DNA of 64,000 nt. It comes from Pseudomonadota bacterium. Lineage in GTDB: Bacteria; Pseudomonadota; Gammaproteobacteria; JAJDOJ01. The DNA lies in the NCBI GenBank assembly GCA_034722015.1, contig JAYENI010000088.1, forward strand, positions 30,574-94,573, read 5' to 3'. Shown piece after piece: positions 10,863-20,912 of this stretch (position 1 is the stretch's first letter; every line of letters begins with the position of its first letter). Under the pieces are notes generated by a model. The model was not told where the DNA came from. It did no database searches and saw only the letters and a program-made list of their open reading frames with translations. The position numbers were made by a program, and so were the translations under genes.

Positions 10863-12269
10863 TCAAAGGGCTTCCGAGGCGAAGTCCGCGAGACGGGACC
10901 GTTCACCGCGCAGCAGGGTGATGTGTCCTGCGTGGGGCCATCCCTTGAAGTGGTCGACGACGTAAGTCAATCCGGAAGTCGTTTCCGTCAGGTAGGGTGT
11001 GTCGATCTGGGCGATATTGCCGATGCACACGAGTTTGGTTCCCGGCCCCGACCGCGTAATCAGTGTCTTCATCTGCTTCGGCGTGAGGTTCTGCGCCTCG
11101 TCGAGGATGATGTAGCGATTCAGGAAGGTTCGACCCCGCATGAAATTGACGGAGCGGATCTTGACCTTGCTGAGCACGATGTCGTTGGTGGCGGCACGCC
11201 CCCACTCGCCGCCTTCCCCTTTCTGCGTCAGCACCTCCAGGTTGTCCATCAGGGCGCCCATCCACGGTGTCATTTTTTCTTCCTCGGTCCCGGGGAGAAA
11301 ACCGATGTCCTCGCCGACCGGGATGGTGATGCGCGTCATGATGATTTCACGATATCTTTGTTCGTCGAGCGTCTGCGCCAGCCCGGCTGCCAGGGCCAGC
11401 AGGGTCTTGCCGCTGCCGGCGACGCCAACCAGGGAGACGAAGTCGATATCGGGATCGAGTAGAAGATTCAGCGCGAAATTCTGTTCGCGGTTGAGTGCCG
11501 TCACACCCCAGACACTGTGTCTGGGCTCAGTGTAGTCGTTGGCGTATTCGATGACGGCGTGGTCAGCTGCCACGTCACGTACAATTGCGCCGAATGGCTC
11601 CGCTCCCTCCAGGCTGAGGCAGAGGTTGGGAGTCCAGCTTGCCGCCAGTGGACCCTTGATTCTGTAGTAGGTATGGCCTTGTTCTTTCCAGGACTCCATC
11701 TCTTTACCGTGGGTCTCCCAGAAGTCGTCGGGAAGCTCCGCAGTGCCGCTGTACAAAAGGTCCACGTCCTCGAGGACCTGGTCGTTGTAGTAATCCTCGG
11801 CGTGAATCCCCAGGACTGCCGCCTTGATGCGCAGATTGATGTCTTTTGATACCAGCGTGACATGGGTCTGCGGGGAGTTCCCGCTAAGCGCCAGTGCAAT
11901 GCCGAGAATGGCATTGTCGGGTGTCGTGCCGGGCAGGCTGTCCGGCAATTCCACCGGTTGTTCCCGGGTTTGCAGAAAGAGTCTGCCACTGGCCTTGCCG
12001 GGGACCTCACCTATCTCACTGATCCGCAGGCCCTGCGTGATCTCGTCGCGGTTCCGGCCGGTGGTCAGTGCGTCGATGATCCTGCTGGCCTGGCGTACGT
12101 TGCGCGCCACTTCCGACACCCCTTTCTTGGCCTGGTCGAGTTCCTCGAGCACGACCATGGGCACGTAGATGTCGTGGCGTTTGAAACGGTACAGCGCCAT
12201 CGGGTCATGCATCAGGACATTCGTGTCAATGACAAAAAGGCGGTTCTCGGTGGTTGTTTTTTCAGGCAT
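10863..12269 (-). CDS. PhoH2-type protein: N-terminal PIN nuclease domain fused to a PhoH-like ATPase/helicase domain (YlaK-like)
   Basis: N-terminus LFVIDTNVLMHDP (PIN), central Walker A VGVAGSGKT, PhoH-family C-terminus. Confidence 0.85.
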   Translation of the reverse strand: MPEKTTTENRLFVIDTNVLMHDPMALYRFKRHDIYVPMVVLEELDQAKKGVSEVARNVRQASRIIDALTTGRNRDEITQGLRISEIGEVPGKASGRLFLQTREQPVELPDSLPGTTPDNAILGIALALSGNSPQTHVTLVSKDINLRIKAAVLGIHAEDYYNDQVLEDVDLLYSGTAELPDDFWETHGKEMESWKEQGHTYYRIKGPLAASWTPNLCLSLEGAEPFGAIVRDVAADHAVIEYANDYTEPRHSVWGVTALNREQNFALNLLLDPDIDFVSLVGVAGSGKTLLALAAGLAQTLDEQRYREIIMTRITIPVGEDIGFLPGTEEEKMTPWMGALMDNLEVLTQKGEGGEWGRAATNDIVLSKVKIRSVNFMRGRTFLNRYIILDEAQNLTPKQMKTLITRSGPGTKLVCIGNIAQIDTPYLTETTSGLTYVVDHFKGWPHAGHITLLRGERSRLADFASEAL

Positions 12270-12551
12270 GGCGTCTCACGGAAGGGATCGAAAACACAGG
12301 GAGCGTTCGGAATTTGGCGGTCCTGTTCCGGGTGTGTGACCCCGGCATCAGTGTCTTTCGGGTCTGCCCCCGTCGACGAGCGGGACTGGAGGGCACGAGT
12401 GATCCGCCGGGCCAGCGCCACGCGGAACAGGGGATACGCCCGTATTCCTGGATAAATCATGTGGTGCCCTCGAGGCAGCGCGACAAGCCGGAGGCGCCCG
12501 ACGGTTCCCGTCACCAATTACCCCGCCATACCACGCGTCCCAACGCATGGT

Positions 12552-13085
12552 TCAGGGAACCTTGATTGGCTCCAGGACACCGTCCAGGTTCAGTTCGTCG
12601 CAAAGATCCATGAATTCCTCCCGCAAGTGCGCAATGTGCAGCGAGGAAGGCACTTCAATCGTCATCCGGATTGTCAGCATGGGGGTAGCGGTGTGGGCCG
12701 CATGATAGGTGCTGGTGACCATGTCCTGGATATTGATGCCCCGGGTCGCCAGGAAGGCCGCAACCTGATTCACGATGCCGGGTTGGTCGAGGGTGACCAC
12801 ATCGAGGGTGTACGGCAGCATTCGTTCTTTGGACTTGCGCTGCTCGGTATTTCTCGAGGTAATGGTCAGGTTGAGCGGCCCCTGCAGCGCGGCTAGCGCG
12901 TTCTCCAGTTTGGCGAGATTGTTCCACTGGCCGGAGACGAGCTGGATCAGTGCAAACGATCCGCCGAGCACGGACATCCTGCTGTCTTCGATGTTACAGC
13001 GGTGTCCCGTCACGGTGGCCGAGAGTTTTTCCACGGTCCCCGCACGATCTTCGCCGATTGCCGAAATGACCAGATAATTCGCCAT
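12552..13085 (-). CDS. gcvR: glycine cleavage system transcriptional repressor GcvR (tandem ACT domains)
   Basis: 177 aa beginning MANYLVISAIGEDRAGTVEKLS (ACT); divergent from dapA as in E. coli gcvR-dapA-bamC. Confidence 0.75.
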   Translation of the reverse strand: MANYLVISAIGEDRAGTVEKLSATVTGHRCNIEDSRMSVLGGSFALIQLVSGQWNNLAKLENALAALQGPLNLTITSRNTEQRKSKERMLPYTLDVVTLDQPGIVNQVAAFLATRGINIQDMVTSTYHAAHTATPMLTIRMTIEVPSSLHIAHLREEFMDLCDELNLDGVLEPIKVP

Positions 13086-13270
13086 GCCCGATTCCGATAC
13101 GCTCACAAGTGCCTCAAGGTTACCAGTATTCAGGGTGTCCATAAACGGAAACTCGCGCTTGACGCACCGTTGCGGATTCCTGTCGGCCGGCCCTCCGGTA
13201 TGACCTCCGGTTTGCTTGTCAAGCCATACGGCCAACAGTACCATGGCTTGAATTTTTTGCGGAGAGGCCA

Positions 13271-14152
13271 ATGTTTCACGGCAGCATCGTTGCCCTGGTG
13301 ACACCCATGTCGGGGGACGGCGCAATCGACAACAGGGCGCTTGATGAGCTGATCGAGTTTCATATTGAGAGCGGTACCGATGGTATCGTTCCCGTCGGGA
13401 CGACCGGCGAATCCGCCACACTGGACCACGAGGAACACTGTGCAGTCATCCGGCGAGTCGTCGATCGGGTCGCCGGTCGTATACCGGTGATCGCGGGCAC
13501 GGGCGCGAATGCGACCAGTGAGGCGATCGAATTGACTCGGTGTGCCATGGAGGTGGGTGCCGATGCCTGTCTGCTCGTCACACCGTATTACAACAAGCCC
13601 ACCCAGGAGGGGCTCTACCGCCACTACAAGGCCGTGGCGGATGCAGTTCCCGTTCCGCAGATCCTTTACAACGTGCCGGGAAGGACGGCTTGTGACATGC
13701 TTCCCGAAACCGTTGAGCGTCTGGCCGGGTTGCCGAATATCGTTGGCATCAAGGAAGCCACGGGAGATCCCGCGAGATCGAAGGAGATCGCCGGGCGATG
13801 CGGAGACCGGCTTGACGTATTTAGTGGAGATGACGCTGTCGCGAGGGAGATTATACTTGGCGGCGGCAAGGGCGTGATCTCTGTCACCGCCAATGTGGCG
13901 CCGGCCGCGATGCGAGCGATGTGTGAAGCCGCGATCCAGGGGGATGCGGAGCGGGCGCTGGCACTCGACGGTCCTTTACTTGGTCTTCACCGCGATCTTT
14001 TCCTCGAGTCGAATCCTATCCCGGTGAAATGGGCCCTGGGTGAAATGGGGCTCATTCCCCGGGGTATTCGTCTGCCGCTGACACCATTTTCGGATACGTT
14101 TCAGCCGCGTCTCAGGCAGTCCATGATCCAGGCCGGTCTCCAGGTGGCATAG
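13271..14152 (+). CDS. dapA: 4-hydroxy-tetrahydrodipicolinate synthase
   Basis: MFHGSIVALVTPM....GTTGESATL... DapA signature; 293 aa. Confidence 0.95.
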   Translation: MFHGSIVALVTPMSGDGAIDNRALDELIEFHIESGTDGIVPVGTTGESATLDHEEHCAVIRRVVDRVAGRIPVIAGTGANATSEAIELTRCAMEVGADACLLVTPYYNKPTQEGLYRHYKAVADAVPVPQILYNVPGRTACDMLPETVERLAGLPNIVGIKEATGDPARSKEIAGRCGDRLDVFSGDDAVAREIILGGGKGVISVTANVAPAAMRAMCEAAIQGDAERALALDGPLLGLHRDLFLESNPIPVKWALGEMGLIPRGIRLPLTPFSDTFQPRLRQSMIQAGLQVA

Positions 14153-14157
14153 AAACC

Positions 14158-15315
14158 ATGGTCCAGACAAGAGAATTGCGGTTTTTCCTGCACCGTGCGG
14201 CGTTACTCGGGTTGTGCGTTTCTGTATCCGCCTGCTCGTTTTTCGACCGGCGTGCCGACAAGGAATACGCGGATAGCCGGTCAGTCGAGAAACTCGAGAT
14301 CCCACCGGACCTCACCCAGCCCAGCTGGAGTGAGCGCATGAACGTCCCCGGAGAAGAAAGCGTCCGCGCCAGCGCGAGAAGGGAAGGTGCCGCCGCGACG
14401 GCGGGTGCCGGAACCGTGGTGGCATCGCAGGGTCAGAGCAACGTAATCCCCGATTTTCAGAATATCTCGGTCGGGCGGGACGGCAACACGCGCTGGCTCG
14501 AGGTGCAGGTGACGCCGGATGCAGTATGGCCCGAACTTCAGGACTTCTGGAAAGATCAGGGGATCGACCTGGAGCGTAATGAACCGGTCCTCGGGGTGAT
14601 GCAGACGGAGTGGGTGGCGGAGCGGCACAGTTTGCCGGTGTTTGGCATCCAGGGCGTACTGACCAGCGTAACCGGTGTGCTGAAGGGTGGTGTCGGTGTG
14701 CGCGAGCGCTTTCGTACCCGTGTGGAGCGTCAGGGGGGCTCGGCAACCGACATCTATATCACTTCGGAACGCGCCGAGCTGGTTGCCGACCAGATGGACA
14801 ATGATCAGACCCCGGAATGGGGTATGGTTCCACCCGACCCGGGTGCTGATGCGGAGATGCTGACCCGCCTGATGGTATATCTCGGCACCAACGAGGAACG
14901 TGCACATGAAGCTGTCGCCACAGCCACCGGCACCGGTGTGTCAATCGGGATCGTCACTGAAGGAGAGACGCCGGTTCTGGTTGTGGACGATGAATTCGAC
15001 AGCGTCTGGCGCTTGACGGGGGTTGCGCTCGATCGGGCAGGGCTTTACGTGGAACAGCAGGATCGATCGGCAGGTACCTACTACTTTACCTACACCGAGG
15101 ACAGGCGCAAGAAGCGCAGTTTCTGGCAGAAATTGAAGGGCAGTAACGCAGGCGGATTGAAAACGGACGAGTTGTACGAGGTACACCTGACCCAGACCGG
15201 CGATGAGGTGCGAATCACCGCGCATGACAGCGGTGAAGAAGCCGAGCCGCTGGAGCCGGAGGGCGCCGAGGCGATTCTCGAGCGTCTGATGACGTCCTAC
15301 AAGGTAAGCAGCTAG
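14158..15315 (+). CDS. bamC: outer membrane protein assembly factor BamC (NlpB) lipoprotein
   Basis: Lipobox LGLCVSVSAC, about 385 aa, immediately downstream of dapA (conserved synteny). Confidence 0.8.
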   Translation: MVQTRELRFFLHRAALLGLCVSVSACSFFDRRADKEYADSRSVEKLEIPPDLTQPSWSERMNVPGEESVRASARREGAAATAGAGTVVASQGQSNVIPDFQNISVGRDGNTRWLEVQVTPDAVWPELQDFWKDQGIDLERNEPVLGVMQTEWVAERHSLPVFGIQGVLTSVTGVLKGGVGVRERFRTRVERQGGSATDIYITSERAELVADQMDNDQTPEWGMVPPDPGADAEMLTRLMVYLGTNEERAHEAVATATGTGVSIGIVTEGETPVLVVDDEFDSVWRLTGVALDRAGLYVEQQDRSAGTYYFTYTEDRRKKRSFWQKLKGSNAGGLKTDELYEVHLTQTGDEVRITAHDSGEEAEPLEPEGAEAILERLMTSYKVSS

Positions 15316-15327
15316 CGAATGTCGAAC

Positions 15328-15346
15328 TTGCCCTCGTGCAGGGCAA
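15328..15346. terminator. hairpin ttgccct-cgtgc-agggcaa followed by a T-rich tract, between convergent bamC and folE2
   Basis: perfect 7-bp stem read directly; downstream ttcaacgtttcaggatttt. Confidence 0.5.
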
Positions 15347-15460
15347 TTCAACGTTTCAGGATTTTATTCTTACGCCTGGCGGCCGCAGATGGGTATTTGA
15401 ATCCCTCCAGAGGCTTCTGTAACCCGCGCCGCCGATGGTTCGTCATCCGGCCGGGGATGT

Positions 15461-16303
15461 TCAGTCAGCTGTGCCGGCCGACGCCTCTTTTTCTTCCGCT
15501 TCCTTGTCCCTTTCGATCAGGGCGTATGCCGAGTGGTTGTGAATGGATTCGAAGTTTTCGGATTCCACGACATAGGCGGAGATCCTGTCGTCCTGGTTCA
15601 ACCGGACGGCCATGTCGCGAACCAGGTCCTCAACAAACTTGGGGTTATTGAAGGCCTGCTCCGTTACGTACTTTTCATCCGGGCGTTTCAGCAGGCCGTA
15701 GAGTTCGCTGGAGGCCTCCAGCTCGACGAGATCGATCAGATCTTCTATCCACACGAAATCGCGCAGCCTGACCTTGACCGTTACGTGGGAGCGCTGGTTG
15801 TGGGCGCCGTAGTCCGAGATTTTCTTGGAGCACGGACACAGGCTGGTGACCGGGACGACGGCCTTGATGAATGTGTGCGCCACCCCGTCGATGATTTCTC
15901 CAATGAGGGTGACATCGTAATCCATCAGGCTTTCAACGCCAGACACGGGGGCGGACTTGTTCACGAAATAGGGGAAGGACATCTCGATGTGGCCGGAGTC
16001 CGCCTCCAGTCGCTCCGTCATTTCCTGCAGCATTTCCCGAAACGACTTGACCGTGATCTCTCGTTCGTGAATGTTCAGTATTTCGACGAAACGCGACATG
16101 TGTGTGCCCTTGAAATTGTGCGGCAGGTTCACGTACATGTTGAAACGCGCTACGGTGTGCTGCTCCCCCCCCGTGCGATCCTGAATTCGAACCGGGTGGA
16201 GGATGTCCTTGATGCCGACTTTGTTGATCGGGATCTGACGCGTGTCGGGCGACGACTGGATGTCAGGAATGGACTTGACGAGTTTCTTGGCTACGGTATT
16301 CAT
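15461..16303 (-). CDS. folE2: GTP cyclohydrolase FolE2 (GTP cyclohydrolase I type 2 / MptA family)
   Basis: 280 aa with the conserved LCPCSK..GAHNQRS FolE2 motifs. Confidence 0.85.
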   Translation of the reverse strand: MNTVAKKLVKSIPDIQSSPDTRQIPINKVGIKDILHPVRIQDRTGGEQHTVARFNMYVNLPHNFKGTHMSRFVEILNIHEREITVKSFREMLQEMTERLEADSGHIEMSFPYFVNKSAPVSGVESLMDYDVTLIGEIIDGVAHTFIKAVVPVTSLCPCSKKISDYGAHNQRSHVTVKVRLRDFVWIEDLIDLVELEASSELYGLLKRPDEKYVTEQAFNNPKFVEDLVRDMAVRLNQDDRISAYVVESENFESIHNHSAYALIERDKEAEEKEASAGTAD

Positions 16304-16487
16304 GATCGAATGACGACTGCTCCATCATGTCCGGAACACGCCCTTGGGATGCTTCGGCCATTGCTGAGTTGAACGGCGTAATTCCTGATTCGGGGCACCC
16401 AATTTCGGGATCTGGTCTCCCTCCTTTCACCCCGAAAAGACGCTTGGGCGGACGGGTTGCCGATGAATTGAATAACTGAGTAAAGCC

Positions 16488-18380
16488 CTAAGATATTACT
16501 TGAGAACGGAGCGGCTTGCAATTTGACTCGTCCCTGACAGAACGGATAGAGCGGAGGATACCGGCCTCGTCCAGACCCGCTTCGGAAAGCAACTGCTCAC
16601 GCGAGCCGTGCTCGAGAAACCGGTCTGGCAGCCCAAGATTGAGGGTGGATGGCTCCGGACCGCAGCTTGCCAGAATTTCGTTGACCGCACTTCCGGCCCC
16701 TCCCGCTACGGCATTGTCTTCGACGGTGACGATCAGGTCGTGGTTCGCTACCAGATCGTGGATCAGGTCTTCATCCAGAGGTTTGACGAACCGCATGTCC
16801 GCGACGGTCGCGTTCAGCGAATCCGCCGCAACCAGGGCGGCTGAAAGCGGGCTGCCAAACGCCAGAATCGCGATTCCTTTCCCTTTCCGGCGAATGACGC
16901 CCTTGCCGATGGGCAGGGACTGCATCTCGTCTTGTACGACCGCGCCGGGCCCCTTCCCACGTGGGTAGCGGACTGCCACGGGGCCGTCCTGAAGATAGCC
17001 CGTGTACAGCATCTGCCTGCATTCGTTTTCGTCTGAGGGTGCCATGACGATCATGTTCGGCACGCAACGCAGATAGGTCAGATCGAAGCTGCCGGAGTGC
17101 GTGGGTCCGTCGGGCCCGACAACACCGGCGCGGTCGACGGCGAACAGGACGGGGAGGTTCTGCAGCGCAACGTCGTGTATCAACTGGTCGTAGGCCCGCT
17201 GCAGGAACGTCGAGTAGATTGCGACCACGGGTCTGGCGCCCTCGCGCGCCATTCCGGCCGCGACCGTCACCGAATGCTGTTCGGCGATACCGACGTCGAA
17301 ATAGCGCCCCGGATATTCCCGGTCGAAGCGTACCAGACCCGATCCCTCCCGCATCGCGGGCGTGATGCCGATCAGTCGCTCGTCAGCGGCGGCCATATCG
17401 CAGATCCAGTCCCCGAATATCTTTGTGTAAGTCGGACTGGACGGGCCCTTGTCCGCCACGACGCCCACATTCGGGTCGAACCTGGGTACGGCGTGATAAC
17501 CGACCGGGTCCGCTTCGGCCGGTTCATAGCCCTTCCCCTTGCGGGTCACCGTGTGCAGCATTCGGGGGCCTTTGTGCGACCTCAGGTTGCGCAGGGTCTG
17601 GACAAGCGCGACCACGTCGTGTCCGTCCACGGGTCCGAAATAGTTCACCCCGAGTTCCTCGAACAGCGTCCCGGGGGCAATCATGCCCTTGACGTGCTCC
17701 TCGGTCCGCTTCGCCAGTTCCCACATCGGCGGCATTTGTTTCAGCAGTTTCTTGCTCCCCTCGCGCATCGAGGAGTACACCTTGCCGGAAAGCAGCCGGG
17801 TGAGATAGTTGGTCATGGCGCCCACGTTGGGCGATATCGACATTTCATTGTCGTTGAGTATCACCAGGACGTCGGCATAGACGTCACCCAGGTGATTGAG
17901 CGCCTCGAATGCCATGCCGGCGGTCATGGCACCGTCGCCGATGATCGCAACGCACTTGTGCTGTTCGCCCCGCTGTCTGAAAGCCAGGGCCATACCCAGC
18001 GCTGCACTGATGGAGGTGCTGGAATGTCCCACGCCGAAGGTGTCGTACTCGCTTTCCTGCGGGGTCGGGAACGGTGCGAGCCCGCCCTGTTGCCGAATCG
18101 AGGATATCCGGTCACGCCGGCCGGTCAGGATCTTGTGGGGGTAGGACTGGTGACCGACGTCCCACACCAGCCTGTCGAAAGGGGTGTCGAAGGCATAGTG
18201 CAGGGCCACTGTCAGTTCGATCGTGCCCAGACCGGCCGCGAAGTGCCCGCCGCACCCCGAGACGGTGTGCAGGAGATACGAGCGCAACTCATCGCACAGC
18301 ACCGGCAAATCCTGCACCGGCAACTTGCGGAGGTCGGCGGGCGTGTCGATACACGCCAGTAATGGGTACTCGTCGTTCAT
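16488..18380 (-). CDS. dxs: 1-deoxy-D-xylulose-5-phosphate synthase
   Basis: 631 aa from [20 protein letters not shown]; TPP-binding GDG..N motif; the upstream 124-codon extension in the track has no homology. Confidence 0.95.
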   Translation of the reverse strand: MNDEYPLLACIDTPADLRKLPVQDLPVLCDELRSYLLHTVSGCGGHFAAGLGTIELTVALHYAFDTPFDRLVWDVGHQSYPHKILTGRRDRISSIRQQGGLAPFPTPQESEYDTFGVGHSSTSISAALGMALAFRQRGEQHKCVAIIGDGAMTAGMAFEALNHLGDVYADVLVILNDNEMSISPNVGAMTNYLTRLLSGKVYSSMREGSKKLLKQMPPMWELAKRTEEHVKGMIAPGTLFEELGVNYFGPVDGHDVVALVQTLRNLRSHKGPRMLHTVTRKGKGYEPAEADPVGYHAVPRFDPNVGVVADKGPSSPTYTKIFGDWICDMAAADERLIGITPAMREGSGLVRFDREYPGRYFDVGIAEQHSVTVAAGMAREGARPVVAIYSTFLQRAYDQLIHDVALQNLPVLFAVDRAGVVGPDGPTHSGSFDLTYLRCVPNMIVMAPSDENECRQMLYTGYLQDGPVAVRYPRGKGPGAVVQDEMQSLPIGKGVIRRKGKGIAILAFGSPLSAALVAADSLNATVADMRFVKPLDEDLIHDLVANHDLIVTVEDNAVAGGAGSAVNEILASCGPEPSTLNLGLPDRFLEHGSREQLLSEAGLDEAGILRSIRSVRDESNCKPLRSQVIS

Positions 18381-18762
18381 AATATTCAATTTAATCGACA
18401 GATTATCCTGTTCGGCCGGAATCCATGCAAGCCGTTTTCCTTTCGCTGCCCGGTTTTCGACTGGAATCCGGTAGAGGAAACGATCGCCCGCAAACCGGGC
18501 ATTTTCCCGGAAACCGGCCAGGGGTGGAGCAATCGGTACCCTCCGGGGGGGCGTTACGTGATCCAGGGGCGGGGCCCCGCGACCTGCCGGAATTGCGGTT
18601 GGCGCGAGCAGAGCGGCGCCGGCACACGATTTCCGAAACACCCGGGGTGTCCAAAAACCTGGTGACGGCTTGCGCGCCAGGACAGCCGGCCGCTTGCCGC
18701 GACCCATCGCGGAATCTCGAAATTGGGGGCCAGGAAGTCCCGGGCGATCCACTTGGGCTGAT

Positions 18763-19665
18763 TCAGCTTTCTCTCGTGACGATGAAGGCGGCGATGTCTT
18801 TCAACAGTGACGCGTCATCTCCCAGTCCGGACAGGCTGTCCGTCGCGTCGTTATACAGGTCCAGCGCGCGGACCCTGGATTCCGCCAGGCCGAGGATCGC
18901 CGGGTAAGTGGGTTTATTCAGATCTCTGTCGGACCCCTGCGGTTTCCCGAGTATTTCGGTATCACCTTCCACGTCCAGCACGTCGTCGTGGATCTGGAAG
19001 GCGAGTCCGATGCATTTCGAGAAGTGGTCCAGTCGACCCAGAGTGTCGGTTTCGATGCCGGGTTTCGCATGCGCGGCCAGCATGACGCTGGTACGGATGA
19101 GCGCCCCGGTCTTGTGAATGTGCATGTCTTCCAGTTCGGTCAGGCTGAGCGCCATGCCGACTGATGCCAGATCGATGGCCTGTCCTCCGGCCATGCCGCG
19201 TGATCCCGCGGCATGTGCCAGAACCTCTATCATTTTCAGTCTTATCGTGGCCGACACCGGTCCCTCCGGGTCCGAGGCGATAATGTTGAATGCCAGCGCC
19301 TGGATCGCGTCTCCGGCCAGGATGGCCGATGCCTCATCGAAGGCCTTGTGGCATGTCGGTTTGCCGCGTCGCAGGTCGTCATCGTCCATTGCGGGCAGGT
19401 CGTCGTGAATGAGCGAATAGGCATGAATCAACTCGACTGCCGCCGCGGCCCCGTCGAGCGACTTCAGGGGAACGCCGAGCGCCATGCCCGTGGCATACAT
19501 GAGGGCCGGGCGAATGCGCTTGCCGCCGTTCAGGACGGAGTAGCGCATCGCTTCGTGCAGGGAGGCCGGGTGAATGTTCTCCCGTGGAAGCCAGCGTTCC
19601 AGGGCCGATTCCACGCGCTGGCTGAGGAAGCTGAGTTGTTCCTCGGTCACTTTCAGCCGGTCCAC
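18763..19665 (-). CDS. ispA: (2E,6E)-farnesyl diphosphate synthase / geranyltranstransferase
   Basis: [14 protein letters not shown] and FQIHDDVLD aspartate-rich prenyltransferase motifs. Confidence 0.9.
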   Translation of the reverse strand: MDRLKVTEEQLSFLSQRVESALERWLPRENIHPASLHEAMRYSVLNGGKRIRPALMYATGMALGVPLKSLDGAAAAVELIHAYSLIHDDLPAMDDDDLRRGKPTCHKAFDEASAILAGDAIQALAFNIIASDPEGPVSATIRLKMIEVLAHAAGSRGMAGGQAIDLASVGMALSLTELEDMHIHKTGALIRTSVMLAAHAKPGIETDTLGRLDHFSKCIGLAFQIHDDVLDVEGDTEILGKPQGSDRDLNKPTYPAILGLAESRVRALDLYNDATDSLSGLGDDASLLKDIAAFIVTRES

Positions 19666-19866
19666 CGGTTCTCCTTGTAGATTGTCTCGTGGTGTCCCGC
19701 AGGGACCGGCGGGACTCGGTTGATTGACGCCCGGAGATCGAGCAGGTGACCGGTACCGGGAGGCGGCGAGTGTCAGGCGACGAAAACACTCGCGGCGAAG
19801 CGGACATGTCGGTCCATCGCTCGCCGGGGCGCGCCACGGGCCAGGGCGCAGTCTATCATCATCCCG

Positions 19867-20148
19867 TCAGCGTTCCACTGATTCGTCCCCGGCGGTGCCG
19901 GTGCCAGACGGGGTGAATTCGTGTTCGGTGCCGTCGGCAGACAGCATCCTGACCTTCTGTTCGGCGGTCTTCAGCTCGGCTTCGCAAGCTTGAACCAGGC
20001 GAATACCGAGTTCGAAGGACTCGAGTGATTTTTCCAGGGAGAACTCTCCCTGTTCGAGTTGTCCCACCAACTTTTCCAGTGCCTCGAGTTTGCCTTCGAA
20101 GCCCCGTGGCATGGAGGGCGAATTTTTCGATGTTTTTTCCTGCGCCAC
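19867..20148 (-). CDS. xseB: exodeoxyribonuclease VII small subunit
   Basis: FEGKLEALEKLVGQLEQGEFSLEKSLESFELGIRLVQACEAELKTAEQKV matches XseB; start is either GTG at 20148 or ATG at 20112. Confidence 0.8.
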   Translation of the reverse strand: MAQEKTSKNSPSMPRGFEGKLEALEKLVGQLEQGEFSLEKSLESFELGIRLVQACEAELKTAEQKVRMLSADGTEHEFTPSGTGTAGDESVER

Positions 20149-20258
20149 TATATAATCCCCGCGGTTGCGATTTCGTACCCGGCAAAACATTAACACGGCG
20201 TCATTTTCAATGGACCCGCATGTCATGTTGACAAGCAACCCGCCTTAACTTAGAGTTC

Positions 20259-20276
20259 AATTCTAGGTTTAGAATT
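20259..20276. promoter_or_regulatory. 7-4-7 perfect inverted repeat AATTCTA-GGTT-TAGAATT in the rubrerythrin promoter region; candidate repressor operator (PerR/Fur/Rrf2-like)
   Basis: Read directly. It lies between a TTGACA hexamer (20228-20233) plus a TAGAGT -10-like element and the rubrerythrin start (20329), overlapping the -10 and the transcription start region. Confidence 0.4.
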
Positions 20277-20328
20277 AGTCTAAATCGATGATGTCCGATC
20301 TTCATCCACTTCCCGGAGGTAACTGAAT

Positions 20329-20748
20329 ATGTCACTGAAAGGCTCAAAAACCGAGCAGGCTCTCAAGGACGCATTTGCTGGCGAGTCACAGGCCAATCGC
20401 CGCTACCTGTATTTCGCATCCAAGGCCGACGTCGAGGGTTACAACGATGTAGCCGCCGTGTTCCGTTCCACTGCCGAGGGCGAGACCGGGCATGCACATG
20501 GTCACCTGGAATATCTCGAGGAATGCGGTGACCCCGCCACGGGGCTGCCTTTCGGGCCGACCGACGAGAATCTGAAGACCGCGATCGCCGGTGAGACCCA
20601 TGAGTACACCGACATGTATCCCGGCATGGCCAAGGGCGCGCGCGACGAAGGTTTCGACGAGATTGCCGACTGGTTCGAGACCCTGGCAAAGGCCGAACGG
20701 TCCCACGCCAATCGTTTCCAGAAAGCTCTGAATACTCTCGGCGACTAA
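20329..20748 (+). CDS. rubrerythrin-family diiron protein (ferritin-like domain only, no rubredoxin domain)
   Basis: 139 aa with three E-x-x-H diiron motifs ([25 protein letters not shown]). Confidence 0.8.
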   Translation: MSLKGSKTEQALKDAFAGESQANRRYLYFASKADVEGYNDVAAVFRSTAEGETGHAHGHLEYLEECGDPATGLPFGPTDENLKTAIAGETHEYTDMYPGMAKGARDEGFDEIADWFETLAKAERSHANRFQKALNTLGD

Positions 20749-20761
20749 ACCCGCGTCGGAC

Positions 20762-20796
20762 GGGAAACGGGGCCGCTGAACCGGCCCCGTGTTCCC
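20762..20796. terminator. strong GC hairpin (gggaaacggggccg-ctgaa-cggccccgtgttccc) downstream of the rubrerythrin gene
   Basis: about 14-bp stem with one bulge, read directly; no clean U-tract, so it may be a partial terminator or attenuator before the CCG Fe-S gene. Confidence 0.4.
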
Positions 20797-20912
20797 CCGA
20801 TCTTTCCGGGCTACGGTTCCGGGACCTTGACAACCGGTTACCGCGCCTTTGGCATCGCTGGTATCGTATGCGTGGCGACGTTGTATCGACTAGATCAGAG
20901 GCTTTAGAGACT

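Noticed and set aside
18381-18752. 124-codon N-terminal extension of dxs in the ORF track (similar extensions on proS, FAAL-ACP, ypjD-like, acyP and MIF)
   Set aside because: Homology to characterized orthologues begins at internal Met codons (MNDEYP for Dxs, MRTSS for ProS, and so on). The extensions have no homology and are Arg/Pro/Ala-rich, which is typical of open frames in high-GC DNA.
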